DNA of 64,000 nucleotides from Hyphomicrobiales bacterium (GTDB lineage: Bacteria > Pseudomonadota > Alphaproteobacteria > Rhizobiales > TMED25). Each line of letters opens with the position of its first letter. Position 1 is the first letter of the stretch. Positions 10,175-19,004 of this stretch are shown here, in pieces. Made by a program: the position numbers and the translations under genes. The notes under the pieces are model-generated. The model ran no database searches and was not told the DNA's origin. It saw only the letters and a list, made by a program, of their open reading frames with translations. The stretch is from contig JBMYRO010000004.1 in NCBI GenBank assembly GCA_049602435.1, positions 10,720 through 74,719 on the forward strand, read 5' to 3'.

Positions 10175-11605
10175 TTATTTTATTCTTATAGTATCAAAAG
10201 CATCTAGTGCAAGATCACGTGATTCTTGCATATTAACTATTGGATAGGGATAATCTTTACCCAATGTAACACCAGAATCATCAAGAATTGATTTTGGAGC
10301 ATCCCATGGATTAAATAAGTATTTCAAGGGCACATTAGCAAGCTCAGGTATATATTTCTTTGTGTAACTTCCATCAGGATCGAATTTCTGACCCTGCATA
10401 ATAGGATTAAATATCCTAAAATATGGAGCTGCATCTGCACCAGAACCAGCTACCCATTGCCAACTAGCACTATTGCTGGCCATATCTGCATCAATTAAAC
10501 AATCCCAAAACCATCTCTCACCATGATTCCAGTGAATGAGAAGATTTTTAACTAAAAAAGATCCTACAACCATCCGTAATCTATTATGCATATAGCCCGT
10601 TTCCCATAATTCTCGCATTCCTGCATCAACAATAGGGTAACCCGTAAGACCGTGCTTCCAATTTTGGAGGTTACTTATATCTTTTATCCATGGAAACTTA
10701 TCAAATTTTTTGTATAAATTTTCGGTTTGAAGCTGCTGGTTATAATAGAGAAGACTGTATGAGAACTCTCTCCAACCGATCTCACTTTTAAAGTGATAAA
10801 CATCCCTTTCTGGATATATTGAAGCATCTAATTCATCAACCATATACCATATTTGATTCGGAGAAATCTCTCCGAAGTGAAGATGTGGAGATAATCTTGA
10901 AACATTATTTTGAGATGGAAAATTTCTGCCATCTTTATAATTGACTAGGCCATCTTCAATAAAATTTTCTAATTTTTTATAAGCTGCATGTTCTCCAATA
11001 TTCCACATACCATCAAATTTTTTGTGCCAATTATTTTTTGGCAAAATATTAATCTCATCTAAATCTTTTGAATTATTTGCCTTTACGACCTTTGATATGT
11101 CCGCAGAACCTAATGGATAACGAGGAGGACTGGCATTTAGACAGCCCTTTTTGAAGAATGGTGTAAATACTAGATAAGGTGTTTTATCATCTTTGTGTAT
11201 TTCCCAAGGCTCCCATAAAAGAGACGCATTATGAGACTCACAATTAATTCCGTTTGATGTAAGCGAGTCTTTTATCTTGCTGTCTCGATCTATTCGCCAT
11301 GGTTCATAGCATCTGTTCCAAAAAACATTTTTGATATCATATAATTCACATAACTCTTGTAAAATTGTGATCGCATCTCCTCTAAAAAAAGAAATATTAC
11401 TATTGAAATTAGAGTTATGTTTATCAAGAGAATTATATAACCACCAAGCGCTTGCTTCACCAATCATGGTTTCAGTATTACTATTCACATCATCAAATAT
11501 ATATACAGCTAAAAAATGTTCCGATGAGGCACGGTTTAATGCTGGATTATCAGCTATTCTTAAATCCTGTCTCATCCAATAGATTGCAGTAGGTTTGTTA
11601 CTCAT
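10175..11605 (-). CDS. phrB: Deoxyribodipyrimidine photolyase (class I/III CPD photolyase)
   Basis: W.RQDLRIADNPAL, SRLSPHLHFGEIS, WREF, TGYPIVDAGMREL, MHNR.RM, DAAPYFRIFNP motifs. Confidence 0.95.
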   Translation of the reverse strand: MSNKPTAIYWMRQDLRIADNPALNRASSEHFLAVYIFDDVNSNTETMIGEASAWWLYNSLDKHNSNFNSNISFFRGDAITILQELCELYDIKNVFWNRCYEPWRIDRDSKIKDSLTSNGINCESHNASLLWEPWEIHKDDKTPYLVFTPFFKKGCLNASPPRYPLGSADISKVVKANNSKDLDEINILPKNNWHKKFDGMWNIGEHAAYKKLENFIEDGLVNYKDGRNFPSQNNVSRLSPHLHFGEISPNQIWYMVDELDASIYPERDVYHFKSEIGWREFSYSLLYYNQQLQTENLYKKFDKFPWIKDISNLQNWKHGLTGYPIVDAGMRELWETGYMHNRLRMVVGSFLVKNLLIHWNHGERWFWDCLIDADMASNSASWQWVAGSGADAAPYFRIFNPIMQGQKFDPDGSYTKKYIPELANVPLKYLFNPWDAPKSILDDSGVTLGKDYPYPIVNMQESRDLALDAFDTIRIK

Positions 11606-11900
11606 CTTCTTCGCCGTTGATGTAAATGGTACAATTTAAATTTTGATATAATTCAGAGATACCAAAAATCCACTGACCTACTTTTGTAAATTCAAGCATC
11701 CTGTTCCGCTCAAGCGCATCGATTTGTTTTTGAGATGATTTTTCTATTTCGCTTACTAATACCAAGCAATAATTTGTTAGAAATTCATTAGCTTCTTCTA
11801 CAGAATTCACTTCAGCTTTCCCATGCGAAGGACTGAAAAAAACTATTAGACATCCAATAATTATCAGGTATTTTAATGGTATTTTATTTATATATAACAA
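11598..11900 (-). CDS. Hypothetical exported protein
   Basis: Signal-peptide-like N-terminus, helical mature part with two Cys; 8-nt overlap with the photolyase start. Confidence 0.7.
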   Translation of the reverse strand: MLYINKIPLKYLIIIGCLIVFFSPSHGKAEVNSVEEANEFLTNYCLVLVSEIEKSSQKQIDALERNRMLEFTKVGQWIFGISELYQNLNCTIYINGEEDE

Positions 11901-11924
11901 TTATTTATATTATTTTCTTAATTT

Positions 11925-13775
11925 TTATTTTCTGTATTTATTTGAGGGCTCAAAACCGGAGTGTTCTACTGAACGTGGACTGCTAACCCATAAATTACGG
12001 TTTGGGTGCATTCCCGCACCATAAACAGCAGACACAGCATTACATCTCATGTTGTTCAATAATCTCGTATCTATCTCGCCAACTGAAGGATGATTCCCGC
12101 CGTTTTGATCAACTTCTTTTTGCCAGCTCTTCATTCTTTCAGCAAAAATAACCTCATCTTCTAATTCAAGGCATGTGAGAGTATTTTGGTTTAAATCTAC
12201 TATGATGTTATCTCCATCATTAATCAACCCTATTGGACCGCCAAGCGCAGCTTCTGGACCAACATGACCAATTACAAGACCCACAGACCCCCCTGAAAAT
12301 CTCCCGTCTGTCATGAGTGCAACAACTATCCCCTTCTCTCTGCATAGCGTTGTAATTCTTGATGTAGAGTCAAGCATCTCAGGCATCCCAGGTCCACCTA
12401 CAGGACCTTCATACCTAACAACAATCATATCCCTATCTTCAAAGGTATCTGGATTGGTTTCCAAAGTATCAAGAAGCGATTGTTCTCCATCAAATATTCT
12501 AGCCTTCCCATGGAAAACATTATCCTCAAGTCCTCCTTCAACACCAGCTAGTTTTAATATTGCACTATTTTCTGGAGAGAGATTGCCCCCAAGTAATCTT
12601 AGACCTCCAGTTGGTTTAAAAGGAGTTCCAATTGAATAAATAACATCACCATCAGGTTTGTTTGGTCTTAATCTATCAATTTGTTGACTTAGTGTTTCTG
12701 AAGTACAAGTCATTGTATCACCGTTTAAGAGCCCAGCATCCAACATATCTTTTACAATAACCTGAATACCTCCCATTCTATCAATATCTACCATTGAATA
12801 CTTTCCAAATGGTCTTGCATTTACAACAACTGGAACTACGTTTTGAGAAAGATGATTAAACTCTTCGTGGCTCATAATGTCTTTGTAAAAGTCATCATAA
12901 CCAGCTGCACGAGCAAGTTCTGGAGCATGCAACATGATATTTGTTGATCCTCCTATCGCCATTGCTACTATGATGCCATTTCTTATTGAGTCTCTCGTAA
13001 CTATATCTCGAGGAGTAATATTATTTTCAATTAGTTTTGATAGATAATCTATTAATTGATCAGGATATTCATTTGTTCTCCGTTCATCTTGTGATGCTGG
13101 TGATACCATGTGTAATGGTTGCATCCCAACAACAGCTATAAACGTTTGCATGGTATTATAGGTGAACATACCACCACAACTTCCATGCCCAGGACACGCC
13201 TCTAATGCAATTCTCTTTTTGAGTTTTTCATCACTACTTCCAGCTATTTGGTAACTAGAAATTATATCAATTGCCTCTCCTGTAGCGCTATCTATCCCGG
13301 GCCTAATAGATCCATCTGACATTATTATTGCAGGTCTGTTATGTTCTAAAATTGCAGCGAGAGTTCCTACTGGAGGTTTATCACACGCAACAACTGCAAT
13401 AGTCCCTTCCAACCCAGAGGCGCTAAGATGTTCGCACACTGACTCATTAGTGACTTCTCTACCAATAAGGGAATACCTCATTTCTTTTGTCCCATTACGA
13501 ATTCCATCAGAAGTTGCAATTGTAAATTCAGGTTGTACCAGCCTCATCTGTAGCTTCTTATCTTCTTTTCCAACTCGAGATCTTAATTGTTCATGGATTG
13601 CTAGAACCTTTTCACTCACACCCACATAACATTGAGAGTCCCCTTTGTTTCCCAAAACACCAACAGATGGTTCGTGTATTAAATCAACATCGGTATTTAA
13701 CTCTCTCGCTATTCCATATGTCTGAGAGTTTCTTCCTGGATTTCTATCAATAAGAACAATTTTTGAATTTTTCAT
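11925..13775 (-). CDS. IlvD/Edd family dehydratase (divergent dihydroxy-acid dehydratase)
   Basis: SDGI..G..MRYSL..RE, ACDK, GSCGGMFT.NTM, GGSTN..LH, GPVGGPGMPEM, TDGRFSGG, GHVGPEA motifs. Confidence 0.9.
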   Translation of the reverse strand: MKNSKIVLIDRNPGRNSQTYGIARELNTDVDLIHEPSVGVLGNKGDSQCYVGVSEKVLAIHEQLRSRVGKEDKKLQMRLVQPEFTIATSDGIRNGTKEMRYSLIGREVTNESVCEHLSASGLEGTIAVVACDKPPVGTLAAILEHNRPAIIMSDGSIRPGIDSATGEAIDIISSYQIAGSSDEKLKKRIALEACPGHGSCGGMFTYNTMQTFIAVVGMQPLHMVSPASQDERRTNEYPDQLIDYLSKLIENNITPRDIVTRDSIRNGIIVAMAIGGSTNIMLHAPELARAAGYDDFYKDIMSHEEFNHLSQNVVPVVVNARPFGKYSMVDIDRMGGIQVIVKDMLDAGLLNGDTMTCTSETLSQQIDRLRPNKPDGDVIYSIGTPFKPTGGLRLLGGNLSPENSAILKLAGVEGGLEDNVFHGKARIFDGEQSLLDTLETNPDTFEDRDMIVVRYEGPVGGPGMPEMLDSTSRITTLCREKGIVVALMTDGRFSGGSVGLVIGHVGPEAALGGPIGLINDGDNIIVDLNQNTLTCLELEDEVIFAERMKSWQKEVDQNGGNHPSVGEIDTRLLNNMRCNAVSAVYGAGMHPNRNLWVSSPRSVEHSGFEPSNKYRK

Positions 13776-13861
13776 TTTAAAACAACCCCAAATAAATAGT
13801 ATTTTGAAAATAACTCAAATAGAGTCTTTTAGCAAACCCAAAGGGCATTATTCTCGTTGGA

Positions 13862-14038
13862 TTAGTCATTTTGAATGTATTCACATTCACCACCACAGCA
13901 GGGGTCTGTTACTTGCTTACAATTCAGACACTGGTAATGTGATTGGACGTATACAAAGCCTAAATTTGAATTGCAAAATGGGCATGTTTCACCATTAGGC
14001 TCTATAGCTGTTTGTGTAATTTTTTCTAACTTTTCCAT
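13862..14038 (-). CDS. Small Cys-rich protein, 58 aa (not in ORF track)
   Basis: Manual translation MEKLEKITQTAIEPNGETCPFCNSNLGFVYVQSHYQCLNCKQVTDPCCGGECEYIQND*. CxxC..HxQCxxC..PCC pattern, same strand as neighbours, start overlaps the SOUL stop by 13 nt. Confidence 0.75.
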   Translation of the reverse strand: MEKLEKITQTAIEPNGETCPFCNSNLGFVYVQSHYQCLNCKQVTDPCCGGECEYIQND

Positions 14039-14574
14039 TCAACTAAAAACATAGCTTCATTTCTTCTCATAAACCCTGGTGTGAATGGACCATTATATGT
14101 TGCCTTGATGGGCTTGCTTAGAATGTTGATGCCATTAGTTAGCAATTCGTTTTGTAGGATGTTGGAATGAGATAGGAAATTACTATTTGATGATCTTCCT
14201 GAGTATCTTATTACTGCATAGTATCCTTCATCCACTGTTGATAATTCAACATTTTGATCTAGAGGTATTGGGGTGTTAGTTATGTCAAAATTAGATGGCA
14301 AATAAAATTGCATTATGTCATTAGATTGTGTAACAGGTGCAGTCATTGCAATCTTTTGTGAGCCATTGTTTTGTCCAGATATATAATTGAATAATCTTCT
14401 AAAACCACTATTCTCATTTGTGTTCTTTGTCTGAACGACTATACGTTCTTCGTAGTAACGGATCTCATATTTATCATTCTGCTCAACTAATTTATATGAT
14501 GGTTCTTCAATAGCCATGGCAAAGCCCAAAGGTAGAATAATTACTAGTATTAATGCTATGATGATTGTTTTCAT
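14026..14574 (-). CDS. SOUL family heme-binding protein
   Basis: Signal peptide, EEP.Y, YEIRYY, GFRRLFNYISG.N, IAMTAPV, MQF.LP, YN.PFT..FMRRNE motifs. Confidence 0.92.
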   Translation of the reverse strand: MKTIIIALILVIILPLGFAMAIEEPSYKLVEQNDKYEIRYYEERIVVQTKNTNENSGFRRLFNYISGQNNGSQKIAMTAPVTQSNDIMQFYLPSNFDITNTPIPLDQNVELSTVDEGYYAVIRYSGRSSNSNFLSHSNILQNELLTNGINILSKPIKATYNGPFTPGFMRRNEAMFLVEWKS

Positions 14575-14582
14575 ATTTTAAT

Positions 14583-14608
14583 TACGAATAATTGTTACGA
14601 ACAGATTA
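14583..14608 (-). promoter_or_regulatory. Possible sigmaE (RpoE/ChrR-type) promoter of the SOUL gene
   Basis: Minus strand TAATCT-N16-CGTA ending 8 nt before the ATG, with no Shine-Dalgarno; partial match to the TGATCC-N16-CGTA-type consensus. Confidence 0.3.
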
Positions 14609-14640
14609 TTTTGTTTAACAACTAGCAACTTTAATCTTTT

Positions 14641-15381
14641 TTACAGATTAAATATTAATTTAAAACTTGCAATTAGCAATACGAAACCAAGTATTCGTTT
14701 TATACCAACATGTTGAAAGTAATGGATCCCTATTCTTGAACCAACTATACCACCAAGAAGTGCGAATAGTGCATACAATGGTAACTCCATTGGAACACTT
14801 TTGATAGATGTAATATTTCCCATGAGACCAAAAACTGAATTAGCTAATATGAATAGTGCTGCCGTACCGCTGGCACCTTTTGTTGTAGTCCATCCCGCAA
14901 ATATAATTAGTGGTGATAAAAATATACCGCCTCCTGTTCCAGTTAAACCCGCAAGAAAACCTATTACACCACCAGTGAAAACAGCATAATAAAACTTATA
15001 TTTTTTCGGCTCTTTTTCTTCATGCTGCTTTACAGAAATAAACCTATAAGATGAATACAAAAGCATGAGCCCTATTATAGGCTTATAAATATCACCTGGA
15101 ACATCTATGTATCCTCCAATGAATGCCATAGGTATTGCCCCAATTAAGAGAGGAATTACCAGCTTCAAATCATAGAGCTTCGCTTTTACAAACTGGAAGC
15201 TGGTGTATGAGGAAACAATAATATTCAGTGATAATGCTGTAGGCTTGATTGTTGTGACAGGCAAACCAAATATGGACATAATGGCAATATAAACAGACGC
15301 TCCTGCATGCCCTACAGATGTGTACAATACAGCACCAAAGAAAAGGCAAATTGCAATGACAAAGTCTATCAACTCAAACAT
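14641..15381 (-). CDS. TSUP (TauE/SafE) family sulfite/organosulfur exporter
   Basis: YTSVGHAGAS.Y and GLTGTGGGIFLSP motifs; about eight TM segments. Confidence 0.9.
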   Translation of the reverse strand: MFELIDFVIAICLFFGAVLYTSVGHAGASVYIAIMSIFGLPVTTIKPTALSLNIIVSSYTSFQFVKAKLYDLKLVIPLLIGAIPMAFIGGYIDVPGDIYKPIIGLMLLYSSYRFISVKQHEEKEPKKYKFYYAVFTGGVIGFLAGLTGTGGGIFLSPLIIFAGWTTTKGASGTAALFILANSVFGLMGNITSIKSVPMELPLYALFALLGGIVGSRIGIHYFQHVGIKRILGFVLLIASFKLIFNL

Positions 15382-15389
15382 TTATCTAT

Positions 15390-15866
15390 CTAGAAATTTA
15401 TATCCATAACTGGAGAAGAATGGTGGACAATGATTTTAAAACTTTCACCAAATTCCTTCAAAACAAAAGTAAATGCAACTAAGGCAGGGGCTTCACCCTC
15501 AAAATGGTAAAAATCTAATGCACCCATAACAATGACGACATCCCCTTCTGTTATTATTTTTGGCTGATCATGTAATTCTATTTTTTTCCACGGCCTTATG
15601 GCAAATCCTCTGTCTTCGGATATACTACCACTAACAAAATAAGATAATGCCTGATTAAAGTTGTGTCTGAATATCACATCCTTTGTGAAAGTTGGTTTAA
15701 ACAATACTTCGTTCTCGCTAAAGGCATAGTGGGTATTTAGGAAAAATTCTGCCTCTTCTTGAAAATCACCGTCGCGTTGATAAGTTTTACCGATAGAGAT
15801 TACACCATCCGTCCATGATTTAAGAAATGCTATTACCTTTACTTGTTTATCCATCAAATCAAACAA
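15390..15866 (-). CDS. NTF2-like fold protein, candidate iota-class carbonic anhydrase (COG4337-like)
   Basis: VLFKPT, ALSYFV.G, ED.GFA..PW and C-terminal HHSS.P motifs; likely start ATG 15854. Confidence 0.7.
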   Translation of the reverse strand: MFDLMDKQVKVIAFLKSWTDGVISIGKTYQRDGDFQEEAEFFLNTHYAFSENEVLFKPTFTKDVIFRHNFNQALSYFVSGSISEDRGFAIRPWKKIELHDQPKIITEGDVVIVMGALDFYHFEGEAPALVAFTFVLKEFGESFKIIVHHSSPVMDINF

Positions 15867-15889
15867 TTACTTTCTATGGTTATACATAA

Positions 15890-16024
15890 TTATCTTACAA
15901 AGATATGATACAGCAATAAACCTATTACGATACCTTTAAAGAATGCCATCCATAACATTCCATAAGTTGAGATACCTAATTTATTTTCCCAATATATCAC
16001 CATTTTCTTATGCCAATTTAACAT
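15890..16024 (-). CDS. Small membrane protein, 44 aa (not in ORF track)
   Basis: MLNWHKKMVIYWENKLGISTYGMLWMAFFKGIVIGLLLYHIFVR*, preceded by a GAGGA Shine-Dalgarno; fills a gap on the operon strand. Confidence 0.75.
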   Translation of the reverse strand: MLNWHKKMVIYWENKLGISTYGMLWMAFFKGIVIGLLLYHIFVR

Positions 16025-16075
16025 TTTTTATTCCTCATAATATATTGTTTTATATTATTTTATTTGAATTAGTTC

Positions 16076-16306
16076 TTACTTTCTACTATCAAATATCTCT
16101 TTTCTATCGTCCATCCACTTATCAAGATTTTTTGAATCTTTCATTAGTTCACCCATTTTATCCATAGCATTTATATGATCTTTATCTCCAAGATTAATCA
16201 TTTCCATACCATGCTCTTTACTTTGCTTGGCAATCTCTTCAAATGTTTCACCATAGAACTCTTTATCACAAGCACCACCAAGCTCATTACATTTCATCAT
16301 TTTCAT
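16076..16306 (-). CDS. DUF1059-like small metal-binding protein
   Basis: MK.M.C.ELGGACD.EF.GETFEEI...S..H pattern. Confidence 0.75.
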   Translation of the reverse strand: MKMMKCNELGGACDKEFYGETFEEIAKQSKEHGMEMINLGDKDHINAMDKMGELMKDSKNLDKWMDDRKEIFDSRK

Positions 16307-16309
16307 ATT

Positions 16310-16987
16310 TCAGTCTCCACTTACTTCTCCACCAGATAAGTTTCTAACAACAGTTAAACCAACTGAAACAGATGGCCCTATTAACAACGCAAATATAACT
16401 GTTCCCAGACCCACAGTTCCACCGAGCAACCAACCCAGAATAACAACAGTAATTTCAATTGAAGTTCTTATAAGCGCTACTGGACGTCCTGTAATACGTT
16501 GGAGTCCCGTCATTAATCCATCTCTAGGACCTGGACCTAAGTTACCAGTTAGATAAATGCCGCTGCCTAACCCACAAATGAATATCCCAATGATTACTTG
16601 CAATATCTGTAATAGATAATTTGATGGCTTAGGTAACCATGGAAAAGCCAAATCTATTACTGTTGCAACTACCACTGTATTAATAATCGTTCCCATTCCA
16701 GGTATTTGGCGAAGTGGAATCCATAGTAATAAGACTGATACGCTAACTATGAATGTTGCCATTCCAATTGATACATCAAATAATAATGCTAGGCCTTCAG
16801 CTAAAATTGTCCATGGATCAAGACCTGCTCCAGCAGCTACGATAGTTGCTACACCGGTTCCAAAAACAATATTTCCCAATAGAACCATTAATAAAGTAAA
16901 AAATTTAGGCTTAAAGTTTAATGGGTGAGTTGAGCTCCAGCTAGTTTTTGGGACTGCTCTAATAGAGAAAAATCTTAATAATGACAC
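16310..16987 (-). CDS. YczE/YyaS/YitT family membrane protein
   Basis: G.DPW, PG.GT, LGPGPRDGLMTGL, R..IE, GG.VG.GT motifs. Confidence 0.88.
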   Translation of the reverse strand: MSLLRFFSIRAVPKTSWSSTHPLNFKPKFFTLLMVLLGNIVFGTGVATIVAAGAGLDPWTILAEGLALLFDVSIGMATFIVSVSVLLLWIPLRQIPGMGTIINTVVVATVIDLAFPWLPKPSNYLLQILQVIIGIFICGLGSGIYLTGNLGPGPRDGLMTGLQRITGRPVALIRTSIEITVVILGWLLGGTVGLGTVIFALLIGPSVSVGLTVVRNLSGGEVSGD

Positions 16988-17097
16988 ATTGTTTCCTAAA
17001 AAAATTATGACTGGAACTTTATTATCACTTTGATGGTTAAGTGTATACAGAAAGAATACCTGGTTCTTAAAAAATAAAAATATATATTCAGTATTTC

Positions 17098-17868
17098 CTA
17101 ATGATTAAGTATCTGACTTAAGAATAGCTTGGTTCTATCTGACTCAGGGTTATTAAAGAATGATTCAGGATCATTCTGCTCTACAATCTGTCCCTCATCC
17201 ATAAAAATAATCCTATCCGCTACTTTGTTTGCAAAACCCATCTCATGTGTAACAACAATCATAGTCATACCAGAGTCAGCAAGCTCAATCATTGTTTCAA
17301 GAACTTCCTTAATCATCTCAGGGTCGAGGGCAGAAGTTGGCTCATCAAAGAGCATAACACGTGGCTGCATACATAAAGCCCTAGCTATTGCAACCCTCTG
17401 TTGCTGACCACCTGATAGTTGACCTGGATACTTGTCAGCTTGATCAGGAATGCGAACCTTTTCTAGAAGCTCCATAGCCATTTGATTGGCCTCGTTTCTT
17501 GACTTCTTTCGTACCCAAATTGGAGCAAGTGTACAATTTTCAAGAACGGTCAAATGTGGGAACAAATTAAAATGTTGAAACACCATTCCAACTTCACTTC
17601 TAATTTCATTTATGTGTCTTAAATCATCATTCAATTCGACTCCATCCACAATAATAGTGCCTTCTTGATGTACTTCCAATCGATTGATACACCTGATAAG
17701 TGTTGATTTACCTGAACCAGAAGGACCACATATTACAATTTTTTCTGTTTTATTTACGGAAAGATCAATATCTTTTAATGCATGGAAATTACCATACCAT
17801 TTATTTAACTTATTTATCGAAATGATTGTAGAATCATCATTCATAGTTTCTGCTTGATTATTTGTCAT
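17098..17868 (-). CDS. aapP: General L-amino acid ABC transporter ATPase
   Basis: [27 protein letters not shown]; last gene of an aapJQMP-like operon. Confidence 0.92.
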   Translation of the reverse strand: MTNNQAETMNDDSTIISINKLNKWYGNFHALKDIDLSVNKTEKIVICGPSGSGKSTLIRCINRLEVHQEGTIIVDGVELNDDLRHINEIRSEVGMVFQHFNLFPHLTVLENCTLAPIWVRKKSRNEANQMAMELLEKVRIPDQADKYPGQLSGGQQQRVAIARALCMQPRVMLFDEPTSALDPEMIKEVLETMIELADSGMTMIVVTHEMGFANKVADRIIFMDEGQIVEQNDPESFFNNPESDRTKLFLSQILNH

Positions 17869-17882
17869 TCTACTCTCTCCTA

Positions 17883-19004
17883 TCAGTTATCAGTATCTAA
17901 TTTCTTCTCTAATCTTTGGCTATACATGGACATACCAAAACAGAATATCCAAAATACTATTCCAGCAAACATATAAGCCTCAATATCATACCCATTCCAA
18001 TCCAGGGAGCGGGATGAATTTTGAGCTATTTTTAACAAATCCATCAACCCAATAATCGATACAAGTGATGTATCTTTGAATAAAGCTATAAAAGTATTCA
18101 CGATTGATGGAATCGAAATCTTTAGAGCTTGCGGTAATATTATAAATATTGTTTGCTGCCAATAACCCATGCCAAGCGCCATTGATGCCTCGGATTGACC
18201 TTTATCAATAGCTTGAAGCCCTCCTCTTACTGCCTCGGCTGTGTAAGCTGATTGGAATAAGGTAATACCAATCATTGCACGAACCACTTTATCGAACTCT
18301 ACCCCAGATGGGAAAAACAGAGGTAACATAACGGATGCCATAAATAATATTGTAATTAAGGGCGTTCCTCTCCAAAATTCAATATAGATAATACTTAGTG
18401 ACTTCACGACAGGCATCTTTGACCGTCGGCCAAGCGCTAAAAGGATTCCCAATGGCAAAGCTAAAATTATACCAACAAAGGCAAGCGTAAATGTCAGCAA
18501 CAAGCCTCCCCATTGACTTGGATCTGAGTCAGGTATTCCAAATACACCTCCACGTACAATAAGCAAGAAAAAAACTGGAAATATAGTAAGAAGAGTTATT
18601 AGTAACCACTTTTTATGTGGTGTCTTATCAATCATTAATGGGATTAATAATCCAAAAAAACCAATGAATGCTACAATTGGCCTCCACATTTGATCTGGAT
18701 TAGTCGCAAAATATAAACCAAACAACAGTTGGTCAAATCTGACCTTAACAAATGTCCAGCATGCACCCGCTTTATTTTCATCACAGACGGAGCGATCAGA
18801 TCCTGAAAAATTTGCATTGATAAATGCCCATTCAATAAATGGAGGAATGTAAAGAAATATCAGATAGAAAAATAATAATGTAATTAGGGTATTTGAGACC
18901 GACCCAAATAAATTTGTTTTTACCCATGCCATCCATCCAACAGTATTTGAAGGTGGCAATCTATCAGGTAGCTTTTCAAATTTTATTGTTTTTGATGTCA
19001 TCAT
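17883..19004 (-). CDS. aapM: General L-amino acid ABC transporter permease
   Basis: [40 protein letters not shown] motifs. Confidence 0.9.
   Translation of the reverse strand: MMTSKTIKFEKLPDRLPPSNTVGWMAWVKTNLFGSVSNTLITLLFFYLIFLYIPPFIEWAFINANFSGSDRSVCDENKAGACWTFVKVRFDQLLFGLYFATNPDQMWRPIVAFIGFFGLLIPLMIDKTPHKKWLLITLLTIFPVFFLLIVRGGVFGIPDSDPSQWGGLLLTFTLAFVGIILALPLGILLALGRRSKMPVVKSLSIIYIEFWRGTPLITILFMASVMLPLFFPSGVEFDKVVRAMIGITLFQSAYTAEAVRGGLQAIDKGQSEASMALGMGYWQQTIFIILPQALKISIPSIVNTFIALFKDTSLVSIIGLMDLLKIAQNSSRSLDWNGYDIEAYMFAGIVFWIFCFGMSMYSQRLEKKLDTDN

Noticed and set aside
13804-13998. 64-aa plus-strand ORF with a His run (HIHHH)
   Set aside because: Antisense shadow of the Cys-rich minus-strand ORF (13862-14038), which fits the operon strand and has a coherent motif
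15943-16167. 74-aa plus-strand ORF
   Set aside because: Overlaps the 44-aa peptide and the DUF1059-like gene on the opposite strand; low-complexity translation
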